From the IMG/VR virus record IMGVR_UViG_3300018494_000083: DNA of 64,000 nucleotides, one strand, 5' to 3'. The stretch comes from a virus. Its lineage: Duplodnaviria; Caudoviricetes. Below, one piece after another: positions 51,018 through 61,584 of the stretch (within the stretch, counting starts at the first letter, position 1; each line of letters opens with the position of its first letter). The notes beneath the pieces were generated by a model, which ran no database searches, was not told the origin of the DNA, and worked only from the letters and a program-made list of their open reading frames with translations. Both the position numbers and the translations under genes were made by a program.

Positions 51018-51785
51018 TTACAGCATTGCCTTAGCGTCCTTTACTTTTCCATTAAGAAAAACTCTAGGTCTATCCTTGGAAGCAGGTTTACAACCCATAG
51101 TCTCACCATATCCACCATAACTGAGGTTGGCAGATGTATTGACAAACAGCTTAGTTACAGGTGCAACTGAGCTATTGCTGAATGAGACTCTATAGAAATC
51201 TTCCTTGGTAATAATAGGCAAATGTGTATGAGAATGGATGTAAACATCGGCATCCACAATAGCAGCCAAATCACAAAGACGAATAATCTTTGCACCTTCT
51301 TTACGACCGCCACCAGAACCATGAGTAGCATAAACCGTATACAGATGTTTACGATTACGATCATTGGTTCCAAAGCGGATAAAGAGCAGTGTAGCTACAG
51401 GTGAATACTTAGCACCAAGACCAAGATTGTTGGCAATGACATAACCAGGGTCAATGCCTTCTTTCTTATAGGTACGTGCTTCATGGTTACCACCATTACT
51501 AAAGAGAATCTTATGCTTGATAGGCATAAATAATTCAGTAGCCAGATCAATCTGTCCCTGAGGATTCAGGGTTTCAGAATAAGTATCGCTTACCGAGGTT
51601 TTAGTAGCATTATTAATAATGTCTCCATTGAGAACGGCATATACATTGTCATGGGTTCTGACGTATTCTATTCTCGCTTTGAGATGATCTAAGTCACAGG
51701 CAGGATCACCGATATGTTCATCAGCAAAGAGTGAAATCTCGAGTTCCTCGAGTGTCTTAGGTAAATCACATTTTAATACTTGCAT
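51018..51785 (-). CDS. calcineurin-like metallophosphoesterase
   Basis: DEHIG, GDIIN, GNHE, THG, SHTH. Confidence 0.85.
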   Translation of the reverse strand: MQVLKCDLPKTLEELEISLFADEHIGDPACDLDHLKARIEYVRTHDNVYAVLNGDIINNATKTSVSDTYSETLNPQGQIDLATELFMPIKHKILFSNGGNHEARTYKKEGIDPGYVIANNLGLGAKYSPVATLLFIRFGTNDRNRKHLYTVYATHGSGGGRKEGAKIIRLCDLAAIVDADVYIHSHTHLPIITKEDFYRVSFSNSSVAPVTKLFVNTSANLSYGGYGETMGCKPASKDRPRVFLNGKVKDAKAML

Positions 51786-51837
51786 ATAGAAACACCTCAC
51801 TTATTGTAGATCTGTGCTACTCCGTGTGTTGGGTGTG

Positions 51838-53028
51838 TTATTTACAACATTGGAAAATTTCAAATACGAAGCATGTATAAATTGCCTTACGATAGTTATC
51901 CAACGAAGTCTTACCACGGCTGATAAAGTTTCTTCCGTATTTATCGGAAGTCAGATCAATCCAGTGGAGAAGAATGTCTTTAACCTTATAGGTAACAGGG
52001 TCTTGAGCATTGCTCTTATAGACCTGCATGCTTTCGGAAATGAATTTCATAGTTTTGACATCCTCGATAGTATTCGAGTTGCCCTTGTAAATGAATAGAG
52101 TCAAGATATGACTTATCATTATAGGAATATTGGGAATATCCATCTCAATAATAGTCCGAAGCATTGCATCCAGTTTCTTTTCAGATACACCAGGGTTAAG
52201 TGCAATCGAACGTTTGATTACATTATTCTGGTCAAAGCCTTTAGACACAATTTCAGATGTGACATTTTGGACTACTCTATCTATCTTGAAAGAGATATTA
52301 TCTGATAAATGGAAATTTTCCTCGGATGTATCTTCATCCTCATGGAATAAATATTTACCGTTTTTGCGGTTCTCATAAAACTCGTCTGCAATGTACTTTA
52401 CGAAAGAACTGATACGAGCATCCAAAGAGGAAATAATCTGACTGAAGTCGTCATCTTGTCCTCTACGGATTTCCATACTGAATCGTCCATGCATTGCCTC
52501 AAAGACAGTATGCTCGATTACACCATGGATAGTACCAAGTTTCTTAAGTAGGTATCTATTATTAAGATTATTGATTGTATAGTCCATAATCTGCTTGTTA
52601 GGGCAGTATGGGAAGAATGCTTTATGATTAGTTGTGTATAGTAAGTACCCAAGATAAACTGTGAGGGCATCTGCGTACGACATGCTCTTGGCATCACCCT
52701 TCTTAGAGAAGTAGTGAATAGTTAACAGCATGAGCATGTAGAATGGATTAGTTGCCTTCTTCCAGTTATCAGGAATCAAAGGAGCGTCACTTACAGCTTT
52801 CTTTACTTCAACTTCCGAGATGCCAGTTGCATTAAAGATTACCTTTTTATCAGTATCAGCAAAGATTAAACGCTGGGACATATCTGTAGTAAGCAGAATT
52901 TCAGAGTGCTTATCGGCATACTTTTGTACGCCAGTAAGAAGTGCTCTGATGTTTCTCTGCTCGCTTAAAGCTTCTTCGATTTGCGGGTAAAGTCTTTCAA
53001 CTAATACAAATTTTTCTTTGTTATCCAT
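51838..53028 (-). CDS. hypothetical protein, probably late/virion
   Basis: GAGG RBS; AACA-ATCATA-TA on minus strand at 53054-53065. Confidence 0.75.
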   Translation of the reverse strand: MDNKEKFVLVERLYPQIEEALSEQRNIRALLTGVQKYADKHSEILLTTDMSQRLIFADTDKKVIFNATGISEVEVKKAVSDAPLIPDNWKKATNPFYMLMLLTIHYFSKKGDAKSMSYADALTVYLGYLLYTTNHKAFFPYCPNKQIMDYTINNLNNRYLLKKLGTIHGVIEHTVFEAMHGRFSMEIRRGQDDDFSQIISSLDARISSFVKYIADEFYENRKNGKYLFHEDEDTSEENFHLSDNISFKIDRVVQNVTSEIVSKGFDQNNVIKRSIALNPGVSEKKLDAMLRTIIEMDIPNIPIMISHILTLFIYKGNSNTIEDVKTMKFISESMQVYKSNAQDPVTYKVKDILLHWIDLTSDKYGRNFISRGKTSLDNYRKAIYTCFVFEIFQCCK

Positions 53029-53097
53029 GACTTATACCTCTCTAAATCTTAATTATATGATTGTTCCAGGGATATTTGAATAAAAAAAAGAAAGATA

Positions 53098-53127
53098 AAC
53101 CCCATGGGAAATTAATCCCATGGGGTT
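53098..53127. terminator. intrinsic terminator hairpin at the left end of the non-coding region
   Basis: aaccccatggga/tcccatggggtt flanked by A and T tracts. Confidence 0.75.
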
Positions 53128-55134
53128 ATTTTTCTCGGCTACCGACGCAGAACATGAGTGTCTCTGTGTATAACTGTTTCTCCCTGCGCCCCTCATCGTG
53201 TCTTCCTCTATGGCTATAATATGTATTATTTCCATATGGTTGAACACCCTCATCCAATTAACTAATAAGGAGACTCTTGTTGGCGTAGTTTTGTTACGCA
53301 ATCGCCTACATTAATTAACTTAGTCACCTTTCGGGACTCGTCCTCGCCTCACATCATATAACGACACCCAATGACTGGGTGTCAAAAAGTTAAGGTGAGC
53401 TATTACCCATTGTAACTTCTCTACCTTATAGTGGTAGGTACGGATAAATTACATAGGTCCCAGGTCACTCATTTCTGGGGCTCTTCATGGTCTCTCCATA
53501 TTGAGGATCAATTTGAGGCTTACCATTATTGCCACCCTCTTAATGAAGGCTCTAGAAAGGACATTAAGTCTTTACATTAGCGGCTGGAGGTGTCGTAAAG
53601 AACAACGTAGAACTTCGACAAAATGTACCGCCCGGCATGTCGACTTGACCCATGCCGATATCGAGAAGCCAGCAATCGCGGGAAACATCACATTCATCAA
53701 ATGACTGTACCGGATTCACTTAATAAATTGAAAGACCGAGAATGCTAGCTGGATTGTGCCCACGACTGCTCTAGCATATCATGGGCGGATAGAAGACAGC
53801 GACTGCTCTAGCATATCGCCGTCTGAAAGGAAAGATGTTAAAGTCGTGTGCTCTAATTTAGAGACGTGTCAGGCTCTAACATCAACATGGGAGATTTGAG
53901 CTTCGAACTCACTGTCGCTTTGTTGATCTCTTTATCATAACGACATCCATCTGGGTCTGCGGCTTCCCACTAACCTCGAAATGACTCTGATTTCAACTAA
54001 CACAGAATCTCCATTTAGAAATTTGACAACCGGTCTAGAGACGTATATCACGGGACCATACGATCATATATACGCTATAGTTTAACTCTAGCTTGGCTCT
54101 ACTCTCATTCCACGTGCAGAGACCAGTAGATCTATATAGACTATCTTTCGATAGTTATATTTAGCTGGAGCAGATTTACTGTGCTTCGAATCACAGCTTT
54201 CCCAAACCTGCCAGAAACGTGCACCTTTTTACCAGCCGCAACGTAGCACTCCGTTACTTGGGCGATGTTTGAAACATCAACATATCTCATGCCCCGTGAG
54301 AGGTTCTTACTTACAGCGTGACCTACATTATCCATCAAACATACAGCTTTTTACTTACTTCAAGTTTCAAAATCCTTTGGGGAGATCCACTTTGGTAACG
54401 GTACTGTAACCCGGCTCAGAAAGTGCGCCCACCCAGCCAAGGGAGCCCGCTAGAAATGCCCACATGACCGCGATCACCGAACGACTCGGATGCGGATACG
54501 GGGGGATGTGCGGGCGGCGGCGAAGCAGCACCAAGTATATGTGTCTTAGCCCAGTCCTTAATATGTCGATGCTATGAGCGTTAAACCAAAAGTTCGTCAG
54601 AATTTTACTGACCGAGAACCTCGGGCATCGATAAATAAAAATAAGAGAGATACTTCATATCATCGCTTGACTATTTGATATATGAGTTTAACGTGTCTGT
54701 CGGATTCGACGGCAACGGCAAAGCAATTCGTTGATAAGACACTATGAAAACTCTAATAGGTTGATCACCGATGAAAAAGGATGCATTAAAAAATGACACG
54801 TATCCATAATGAAGGAAGCAATGGTACAAATGTCACAAGCGGCAAAAATGCAATCGCTCCAAAGCAATTTGGGGCTGGAAGATCGTCCTCCTTTTCATGA
54901 CAAAGCCAAACAGTTCTTAGATTACGAGAAACAAACAAGAAAACTTCAATTCGCAGGATAACAAGAAGGAATGTGAAGTCGTTGAATCTAGAATCAAATA
55001 TGAGTATCTCTCTATGGTGTTAGGTGGAGGGTATGACCCTCCCATTGGGTTTCCTGTGAGCAGTGTTTATTCTTCCTCGTGGGCAACGGGATTACCGGAG
55101 AAACCAAAGAACACAAATGTTACCTAACATATGG
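53128..55134 (-). ncRNA. candidate long structured non-coding RNA (~2 kb)
   Basis: No ORF above 82 aa in an otherwise gene-dense genome; many hairpins; two promoter motifs point into it; strand inferred from the promoters only. Confidence 0.4.
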
Positions 55135-55228
55135 TAATAATTTGTTAGAGAGTGTATTATTTTTTATTCTCACTAACCCATTATCGTAATTATAATATAT
55201 AATTATCTTTTGTGATAATCCAAATAAA

Positions 55229-55256
55229 TGAGGGGATAGTTTTGTCTATCCCCTCA
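55229..55256 (-). terminator. intrinsic terminator after gyrA
   Basis: tgaggggatag/ctatcccctca stem. Confidence 0.7.
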
Positions 55257-55264
55257 CCATTTGT

Positions 55265-57694
55265 TTACTTGTACATGATTTCAAATGCGTAGTCAACCAT
55301 CTTCAGCTCTGCTGCTCTTTCAGGTTTACCCAATCTGTTCAATGCCTTGATGTTCATATGATCAAGACAGAATACACCCATGGTTGTACAGATGTACATC
55401 GGATTAGGATTAGCTTCAGATACCGAGATGACGTCAACAAGCTGACCACAGGAGCTATTGATTTCTACTACTCTTCCGTTTCTCTTAGTGGCAGGCATAT
55501 TAAGAACTTTGATCTTCTTAACATATCCTCTATCGGTTAAGAGTGTGATACTATCATCTCCAACCTTAATAGTTGTTACACCAATAAGAGTATCGTCTTC
55601 AGGAAGCTTACATGCAGACACACCTTTGGTATTGAACGATGTCGTTTCAAAATCATCAAAGGGGAACATTGCTGCTTTACCACTCTTGGTAAATATCAAT
55701 ATTCTATCATCTTCAGTAGCTATCGAAACACCGCTTAAAGTGTCCTGTTTATCGAGCTTCATCAATACAAAGGATCTTTCCTTGTCGGCAAGTTCCTCAC
55801 AAGATGTCTTGGAAATCATTCCGTTAGTCGTGACAGAAACTACGTACTTTCCATCAGCTTCAGTTTCCGAGATATTGATAGCCTCTACGAATCCGTTATT
55901 CTTGGATCCACATTGAGTATATGCAATACCTACAGATTGGTTGTTACTGTTACCGATATCGGAAACCTTGATAGGTGTACATCTTCCGTCATTGGTAAAC
56001 AGTGCGATTGTGTCACGGTTATTTACAACCATGACCTTTCTCACCTTGTTATTGGTTTCGATTCGACCGATCTTATACCCACGCTCTTCATAAGGAAGCT
56101 TCTTTATATAGTTATCTGTAAAGATAAGATAATGTAAAGTGTCCGGAACCTGGGTAGAATCAAGAAGCTGCATAATCTCAGACTTTCTGGGAGTGCCGTA
56201 TTTCTTGATACCATCTTCAAGTTGTTTGATGATGATTTCATCAATATACTTATGATGATTTGTGATCTTATCGAGTCTGTCTCTTTCTACCAGGAGATCA
56301 GCCAACTCATCTTTGTAGGCTTGCAGTTTGTCTTTCGCCAAGTCTGCAATACGAACGCCGATGATTCGCTCAGCCTGATAGTCGGTGAGTCCCCACTTCT
56401 TCATGATCTTCGGAACTGCATCCTCAGACTTATTATTACGAACGATCTTAATAAACTCATCAATCTGTCCAGATTCAATGACTTTAATAAGAGGCTCAAG
56501 GAAGTGGATTCTCTTCATGACATTTACAAGGTCAGATTTGTAGATTCGTTTCAAGGTTTTTCTTCTTGCACGGATCCACTCGAGAATTGCGATACGAAGA
56601 GTATAGTCTACCGACTCGAGGCTGTTTACAAATGCATATTTCATGACATATGTATTCTCGAGCTGAGTAAGCTTATACAGCTTCTTCATCAATTCTTCTA
56701 TATTATATCCACGACGAACCTCGATGGAAAGACGGAAGTGTTGACCATAGTCACTGGAACATCCGTCAATATCAGAGATTTCAGGAAGTTTACCTTTTTC
56801 TACCGCAGTCCTGATTGCTTGCTTGATAGTCTTAGGGTCTACCTCAAACGGAGCAGATGCAATTTCAATTACATCCTTTCCATCATAATGGTTTCTGGAA
56901 TAGGTGGCTCTCATCTTTGCAGTGAGGTCAATCTTATCCAATACACCATGAAGATCCTTATAGTTAACAAGGTCACATCCTTCAGGATCGTCAGGATACA
57001 ATTCGAATTTAGCATTTGGATCTTTAATCAACTTAATGGTTGCTTCAAAAGCTTCCTTCAAGTTAAATCCAATAAGACCACTGTATCTACCAATACCCAT
57101 AGATCTATCCCACGTGAGCAGGAAGACAGGGTACTTGGAAGGAAGATACATTGGTTCAAGACCAGATTCATCAAAGTTGGGAATCCAGTCAACGATCATA
57201 TCTGTTTTGGGATTACGAAGTTTCCATTCTTCAAAGTAACAGTCATAAGCAAAATCAGACATAGTACACTCAGTATAACGCTGATGTGCATATCCAGCAG
57301 AGTCATAGGCGGTACCGAAGTTACCAACACCCTGGATAAATGTAATATTGTTTCCCCAAGGTTGTGCCATCTTTACAAGTGAGTTGTAAGTGGTACTGTC
57401 ACCGTGAGGACTGTAGTGTCTAAGTATATGACCGATTACATGTGTCGACTTAGAAACTTTGCCGTTATAAAGATGTAAATCATATAACGCCATTAAGATT
57501 CGACGGTGAATGGGTTTCAAACCATCCTTGATTTCACGAATTTGGCGGCGGAGATTTACATTGGCACCGTAGATAGCCATGCGGTCAGCATTGTATTCTA
57601 CAGGTTCCATCTTTACGGCGTTTGCATCAATTGCTTTACAGAGACTATCTATATCATAGACTTCTCTTTTACGCATTTGGTCTTTCTTAGCCAT
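55265..57694 (-). CDS. gyrA: DNA gyrase/topoisomerase II subunit A
   Basis: DGLKPIHRRIL, PHGD, GNFG, AHQRYTE catalytic Tyr, C-terminal beta-pinwheel-like repeats. Confidence 0.92.
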   Translation of the reverse strand: MAKKDQMRKREVYDIDSLCKAIDANAVKMEPVEYNADRMAIYGANVNLRRQIREIKDGLKPIHRRILMALYDLHLYNGKVSKSTHVIGHILRHYSPHGDSTTYNSLVKMAQPWGNNITFIQGVGNFGTAYDSAGYAHQRYTECTMSDFAYDCYFEEWKLRNPKTDMIVDWIPNFDESGLEPMYLPSKYPVFLLTWDRSMGIGRYSGLIGFNLKEAFEATIKLIKDPNAKFELYPDDPEGCDLVNYKDLHGVLDKIDLTAKMRATYSRNHYDGKDVIEIASAPFEVDPKTIKQAIRTAVEKGKLPEISDIDGCSSDYGQHFRLSIEVRRGYNIEELMKKLYKLTQLENTYVMKYAFVNSLESVDYTLRIAILEWIRARRKTLKRIYKSDLVNVMKRIHFLEPLIKVIESGQIDEFIKIVRNNKSEDAVPKIMKKWGLTDYQAERIIGVRIADLAKDKLQAYKDELADLLVERDRLDKITNHHKYIDEIIIKQLEDGIKKYGTPRKSEIMQLLDSTQVPDTLHYLIFTDNYIKKLPYEERGYKIGRIETNNKVRKVMVVNNRDTIALFTNDGRCTPIKVSDIGNSNNQSVGIAYTQCGSKNNGFVEAINISETEADGKYVVSVTTNGMISKTSCEELADKERSFVLMKLDKQDTLSGVSIATEDDRILIFTKSGKAAMFPFDDFETTSFNTKGVSACKLPEDDTLIGVTTIKVGDDSITLLTDRGYVKKIKVLNMPATKRNGRVVEINSSCGQLVDVISVSEANPNPMYICTTMGVFCLDHMNIKALNRLGKPERAAELKMVDYAFEIMYK

Positions 57695-57715
57695 AAATTA
57701 TCTCCTTAGTGGGTA

Positions 57716-59143
57716 TTAAACGTACAGAGGATCCTCGTCGTCGTCATCTACGATAGTTTCGGCTACCTTGTAGGGCTCACCCTGAAGGATATAGCTTCTG
57801 ATGCGATCCACGGTGTCAACCACAGATCTTGCGAGTTCCTCATACTCTTCTTCAGAGTTGAGACTTCCGTAAAGCTTCATATTCGAGATTCTCTCAGTCT
57901 CATCGACAGAAAGATCGAAGTACTTGAATGCCCACTGAACGCCGGAGATATCACCGGTTTCATTTGTCTCTTCAAGAGTCTCTCTGAGGAAGTCATCGAC
58001 ATTCTTAACAACACCGTTTACAAATACATTGCAGGTGTTCTTGTTGAAGCCGAGAATAAATCCTCTGGGGAATGCGGAAGACATGATGTAGGCTTTTTCG
58101 AAGCTCGGAATATAGGGAATAGTCTTGAGAGCATGTACATACTGCATAAAGGTATCACTGAGCGTGTTGCTGATAGATACCTGATCCAGGTACATTCTTC
58201 CGTTTTCACCGAAAGCTCTCGTAAACTCTTCACGGACCTTATATGCATAGTTACAGAAACTATCGCAGTTTACAGTAACTACAAGAGCATCGCCGATCTT
58301 ATAGAAGGGCTTGCAATGCTCATCCATAGATACGCAGTTGTAGAAGTCAACGAGCATGTTGAAGTTATCCATGAGACAAGGCGTAAAGATTACATCCTTG
58401 TGGAACTCACCGATAAATGCGTACAGCTCAGGCATGCAATACTCGGTTTCAATTGCATCGCCACGATTATAGATGATCTTAATCATCGCAGGGAACGCAT
58501 TCTCATTGATGTGTCCTTCCTTCATAAGCTTAAGCATATCGGGAGCAGTAAAATCAAATGCCGCAGAAGATCCTACTACGTAATTGGTAATATCCTCATC
58601 GGGTTGAAGAGATCCGAAGACAAGCTCATGAATCGCTTCATCCATGGTAACGAGACCAATGTCATAAGGATTGGCACCGTTAAAGCCAGCAAATGCAATG
58701 TCGAGAATATCTCTTGCACAGGTGGCACTCGATACGAGACCGGTAAAGAACTCGACATCGATAGAGTTACAAATGAGATTGAAGTAGAGGTAGCTCATAT
58801 CATCGATAGCATTTACATCATGCAGATACTTGTATACCTCCATATGATCACGAGACACCGTAAAGAACATGTCTTTCGATACTGTGACAAAATCGATTTC
58901 CGAAATATGATCTCTGATCATATTCCATGCATCAGAATTACGATGCAATGTAAACAGAACGCTGATTGCCGATTCGATATCAGGAACATTCTCAAACTGA
59001 TTTACATCAGACTCAGAGAGATTTACGCCGTTATTAATAAGCGACTCAATCTCCATTTCATTGAGGTAGAGAAGGTCCTGGTTGAACTCGACACCGAAGA
59101 GCGAACCATTCAAGATTGCAGGAATCATAGCGTTTGTGTTCAT
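57716..59143 (-). CDS. hypothetical acidic protein
   Basis: AAGGAG RBS, early-type motif at 59213. Confidence 0.75.
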   Translation of the reverse strand: MNTNAMIPAILNGSLFGVEFNQDLLYLNEMEIESLINNGVNLSESDVNQFENVPDIESAISVLFTLHRNSDAWNMIRDHISEIDFVTVSKDMFFTVSRDHMEVYKYLHDVNAIDDMSYLYFNLICNSIDVEFFTGLVSSATCARDILDIAFAGFNGANPYDIGLVTMDEAIHELVFGSLQPDEDITNYVVGSSAAFDFTAPDMLKLMKEGHINENAFPAMIKIIYNRGDAIETEYCMPELYAFIGEFHKDVIFTPCLMDNFNMLVDFYNCVSMDEHCKPFYKIGDALVVTVNCDSFCNYAYKVREEFTRAFGENGRMYLDQVSISNTLSDTFMQYVHALKTIPYIPSFEKAYIMSSAFPRGFILGFNKNTCNVFVNGVVKNVDDFLRETLEETNETGDISGVQWAFKYFDLSVDETERISNMKLYGSLNSEEEYEELARSVVDTVDRIRSYILQGEPYKVAETIVDDDDEDPLYV

Positions 59144-59261
59144 GTGTTTCTCCTTTGTGTTGAATTATTAGATTTTGGACTATTGGATTGTTGATAGTCC
59201 ACTATCATAATAATAGTGTATAATTTAGCCTTCTTATATGGACTTAAAGGAAAAAAATAAA

Positions 59262-59289
59262 ACACCAGTGGGACGTATCCCACTGGTGT
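59262..59289 (-). terminator. intrinsic terminator
   Basis: acaccagtggga/tcccactggtgt stem. Confidence 0.75.
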
Positions 59290-59303
59290 CTTTGTGATTT
59301 ATA

Positions 59304-60476
59304 TTAAGCTTCGATCTTGGTGATATAGTGCAACTCAAGAATAACGATCTGCTTCTTAACAGTATTCTTCTTCTTGTGCTGAGAGCCATCGATGACTCTG
59401 ATAACCGCATCGAAAGGATATCCATTCAGGATAACCTCGTAAGACTTAATTCCATACTTGCCGTCAGCCGCTACGGACTGAATAGCAGAGTGAGGAACGC
59501 CGATAGTGCTCATAGCATTCTGTGCAATGAGGTTCGGGATCTTGTGATTGACAATGGAGATACCGGTAATGGTGATTGCAACATCTCTGAAGGTTCCCTC
59601 ATCGGTAGTGATATTCTCGGTGGTCATACCGATTCTATACTTGCCGAGGCTGGAAGTCATCTGATCTGTGTCACTGCTTACGGTGGAGCCTGCCTTGAGA
59701 AGGTAGTCTTTTGCGATCGCGGAAAGAGCCTCATAGGTTCTTGCATTGGACATAAGCATCGTATCCATGAAATCGCTGATTACAGGGATCTCATAAGGGA
59801 TACGAGGCTTTGCTTCCATAGCTGCAGATTCATCGGTTTCTGCTACGACAACCTCTTCGGATTCGTCAACCTTTACTTCTTCAGTTGCATCAGCTACAAC
59901 CTCGGGAACGTTTTCGTCATCGTCACTTTCAACGACTTCGGTAACATCCTCTTCAGTTACAACTTCCTCAACGATAGCTGTATTGGCTTCGGTTTCTTCA
60001 GGATCATCGATTACAGTTTCGGTGATTTCTGTAACCTCGTCGGTCTCAGTCTCAGTGGCTTCAACAGTATCTTCAGCACTGTTCATTTCCTCAAGAGCAG
60101 CAGCGGTAAGATCTACGCTGTTGGTTTCTTCATCTGCGGGGATTTCGTCAACGGTTGTTTCAACAGCTTCATCAACGATATCGTCCTCGAGTACGAACTC
60201 TTCACCGAGGATCTCTTCGATTGCTGCAGTGGGATCTTTACAGAGATCGGACATCTGCATCTTCACGAGACGGAAGTCGACTTTGGTTTCGACCTTTTCA
60301 GTGTAGTCTACTACACTCTTGGCGTACTTTCCGAGAGCTTCAAGAGCCTTTGCTTCCTTCTCTTTTGCTTTGGCTTCTCTTCTTGCCTCTCTGTTGAGTT
60401 TCTTGTTGGATTTGGTTTCATTTGCGGTCTGATTGCTCTCGGCAACAACCGCATTCTTCTTCTTGAAAAGTTTCAT
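59304..60476 (-). CDS. hypothetical protein with very acidic E/V/T-rich central region
   Basis: Long ORF with AAGGA RBS. Confidence 0.75.
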   Translation of the reverse strand: MKLFKKKNAVVAESNQTANETKSNKKLNREARREAKAKEKEAKALEALGKYAKSVVDYTEKVETKVDFRLVKMQMSDLCKDPTAAIEEILGEEFVLEDDIVDEAVETTVDEIPADEETNSVDLTAAALEEMNSAEDTVEATETETDEVTEITETVIDDPEETEANTAIVEEVVTEEDVTEVVESDDDENVPEVVADATEEVKVDESEEVVVAETDESAAMEAKPRIPYEIPVISDFMDTMLMSNARTYEALSAIAKDYLLKAGSTVSSDTDQMTSSLGKYRIGMTTENITTDEGTFRDVAITITGISIVNHKIPNLIAQNAMSTIGVPHSAIQSVAADGKYGIKSYEVILNGYPFDAVIRVIDGSQHKKKNTVKKQIVILELHYITKIEA

Positions 60477-60574
60477 GGTTATATTTTCCTTTCTTAAATT
60501 AGTTTTTGATTGATGCCGAGATTTGCATTATATCAAATTCAGAACTATATCAGTATCTGATCAATCGCAGCATT

Positions 60575-61273
60575 TTATTCGCAGCACTTAACGTTGGTGT
60601 TCGTCGCATATCCGAGAACGAGGAATACGATCTCGATGATAAGGGCTACTGCCATGAGCTTTGCAATTGCGGTCAGGATGACAGGAAGGAGACGTACAAG
60701 ATATACGGCTACTACGCCTGCAAATGCTACAGAAGCAACAACAGCAAGTACCTTGAAGATTACCTGAATCACAGAAGCACGAGAATTTTCAGCGTTCTCG
60801 TCTACCTTTGCATTCTTGAACAGCTTCTTCATAAGCTTGCTGATGAACTTCGAGCATCTCATAGCGAGAGCTCCGCTCAGTCCGCAGTTGCGAATTTCAG
60901 CTTCACCTGCAGTAAAGTCCTTGGGTGCGAAGAAATTCTTGATCTTAGTCCAGAGATTGGACTTGCTATCGGTGGTGGTTCCCTCTGCAGATGCTTCTGC
61001 TTCGGTGGTCTCGTCGTTCTTCTTTCCGCGACGGAAAATCTTGGTCATGAAACCAAAGAGAGCAGCGATACCGGTGGTGGTGAGAGCGATAATCTTCTTG
61101 AAGATGTTACCGCTTGCCTTTTCCTCAACGACCTCATCTTCCATGGGGTCGTCCTCAACAACGACTTCCTCGTCGTCAGTTACAACTTCCTCAACAACTG
61201 CATCATCAGCTGCTTTGAGGGTTACGTTCTCATTCTCGTTCTCGAGAACATTGGTGTTTTCCATGTTTGCCAT
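60575..61273 (-). CDS. hypothetical membrane protein
   Basis: Acidic N-terminus, amphipathic segments, C-terminal hydrophobic helices. Confidence 0.7.
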   Translation of the reverse strand: MANMENTNVLENENENVTLKAADDAVVEEVVTDDEEVVVEDDPMEDEVVEEKASGNIFKKIIALTTTGIAALFGFMTKIFRRGKKNDETTEAEASAEGTTTDSKSNLWTKIKNFFAPKDFTAGEAEIRNCGLSGALAMRCSKFISKLMKKLFKNAKVDENAENSRASVIQVIFKVLAVVASVAFAGVVAVYLVRLLPVILTAIAKLMAVALIIEIVFLVLGYATNTNVKCCE

Positions 61274-61320
61274 GATAAAATATCCTTTCGGTAGTTTTGA
61301 TTATTTAGGGATTTTGCGAA

Positions 61321-61584
61321 TCATGCCGCAGCCGGCATTAGGTCGTTACAGCCGGACAGCCGTAAACAAATTCGAGACCAAAGAGAAAATCCAGGAAAGG
61401 ATTTCTTTTCTTTCCTTTTCTTTTTCATCTTCTTCTTGAATTTCTCAGGTAATCTATCGGAATCTTTGTTAAAGAAATACACGATGTGATACCAGAAATT
61501 CTTTAAAGCTTTCTTGACTTTCTTGAAAAGCTTTCGCAAAGTAATGGATCCAGTTACCTTGCCATCTTCGTGTTTGATTGCCAT
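61321..61584 (-). CDS. small basic hypothetical protein
   Basis: ATG at 61584 after AAGGAGG. Confidence 0.5.
   Translation of the reverse strand: MAIKHEDGKVTGSITLRKLFKKVKKALKNFWYHIVYFFNKDSDRLPEKFKKKMKKKRKEKKSFPGFSLWSRICLRLSGCNDLMPAAA

Noticed and set aside
51018-51785. Metallophosphoesterase as SbcD partner of SbcC
   Set aside because: Short, distant from sbcC, and nothing beyond generic calcineurin-like motifs links them
54702-54712. GGATTCGACGG resembling the tmRNA 5' end
   Set aside because: No GGGG acceptor start, no matching T arm or CCA at the expected distance, and no tag-like ORF found
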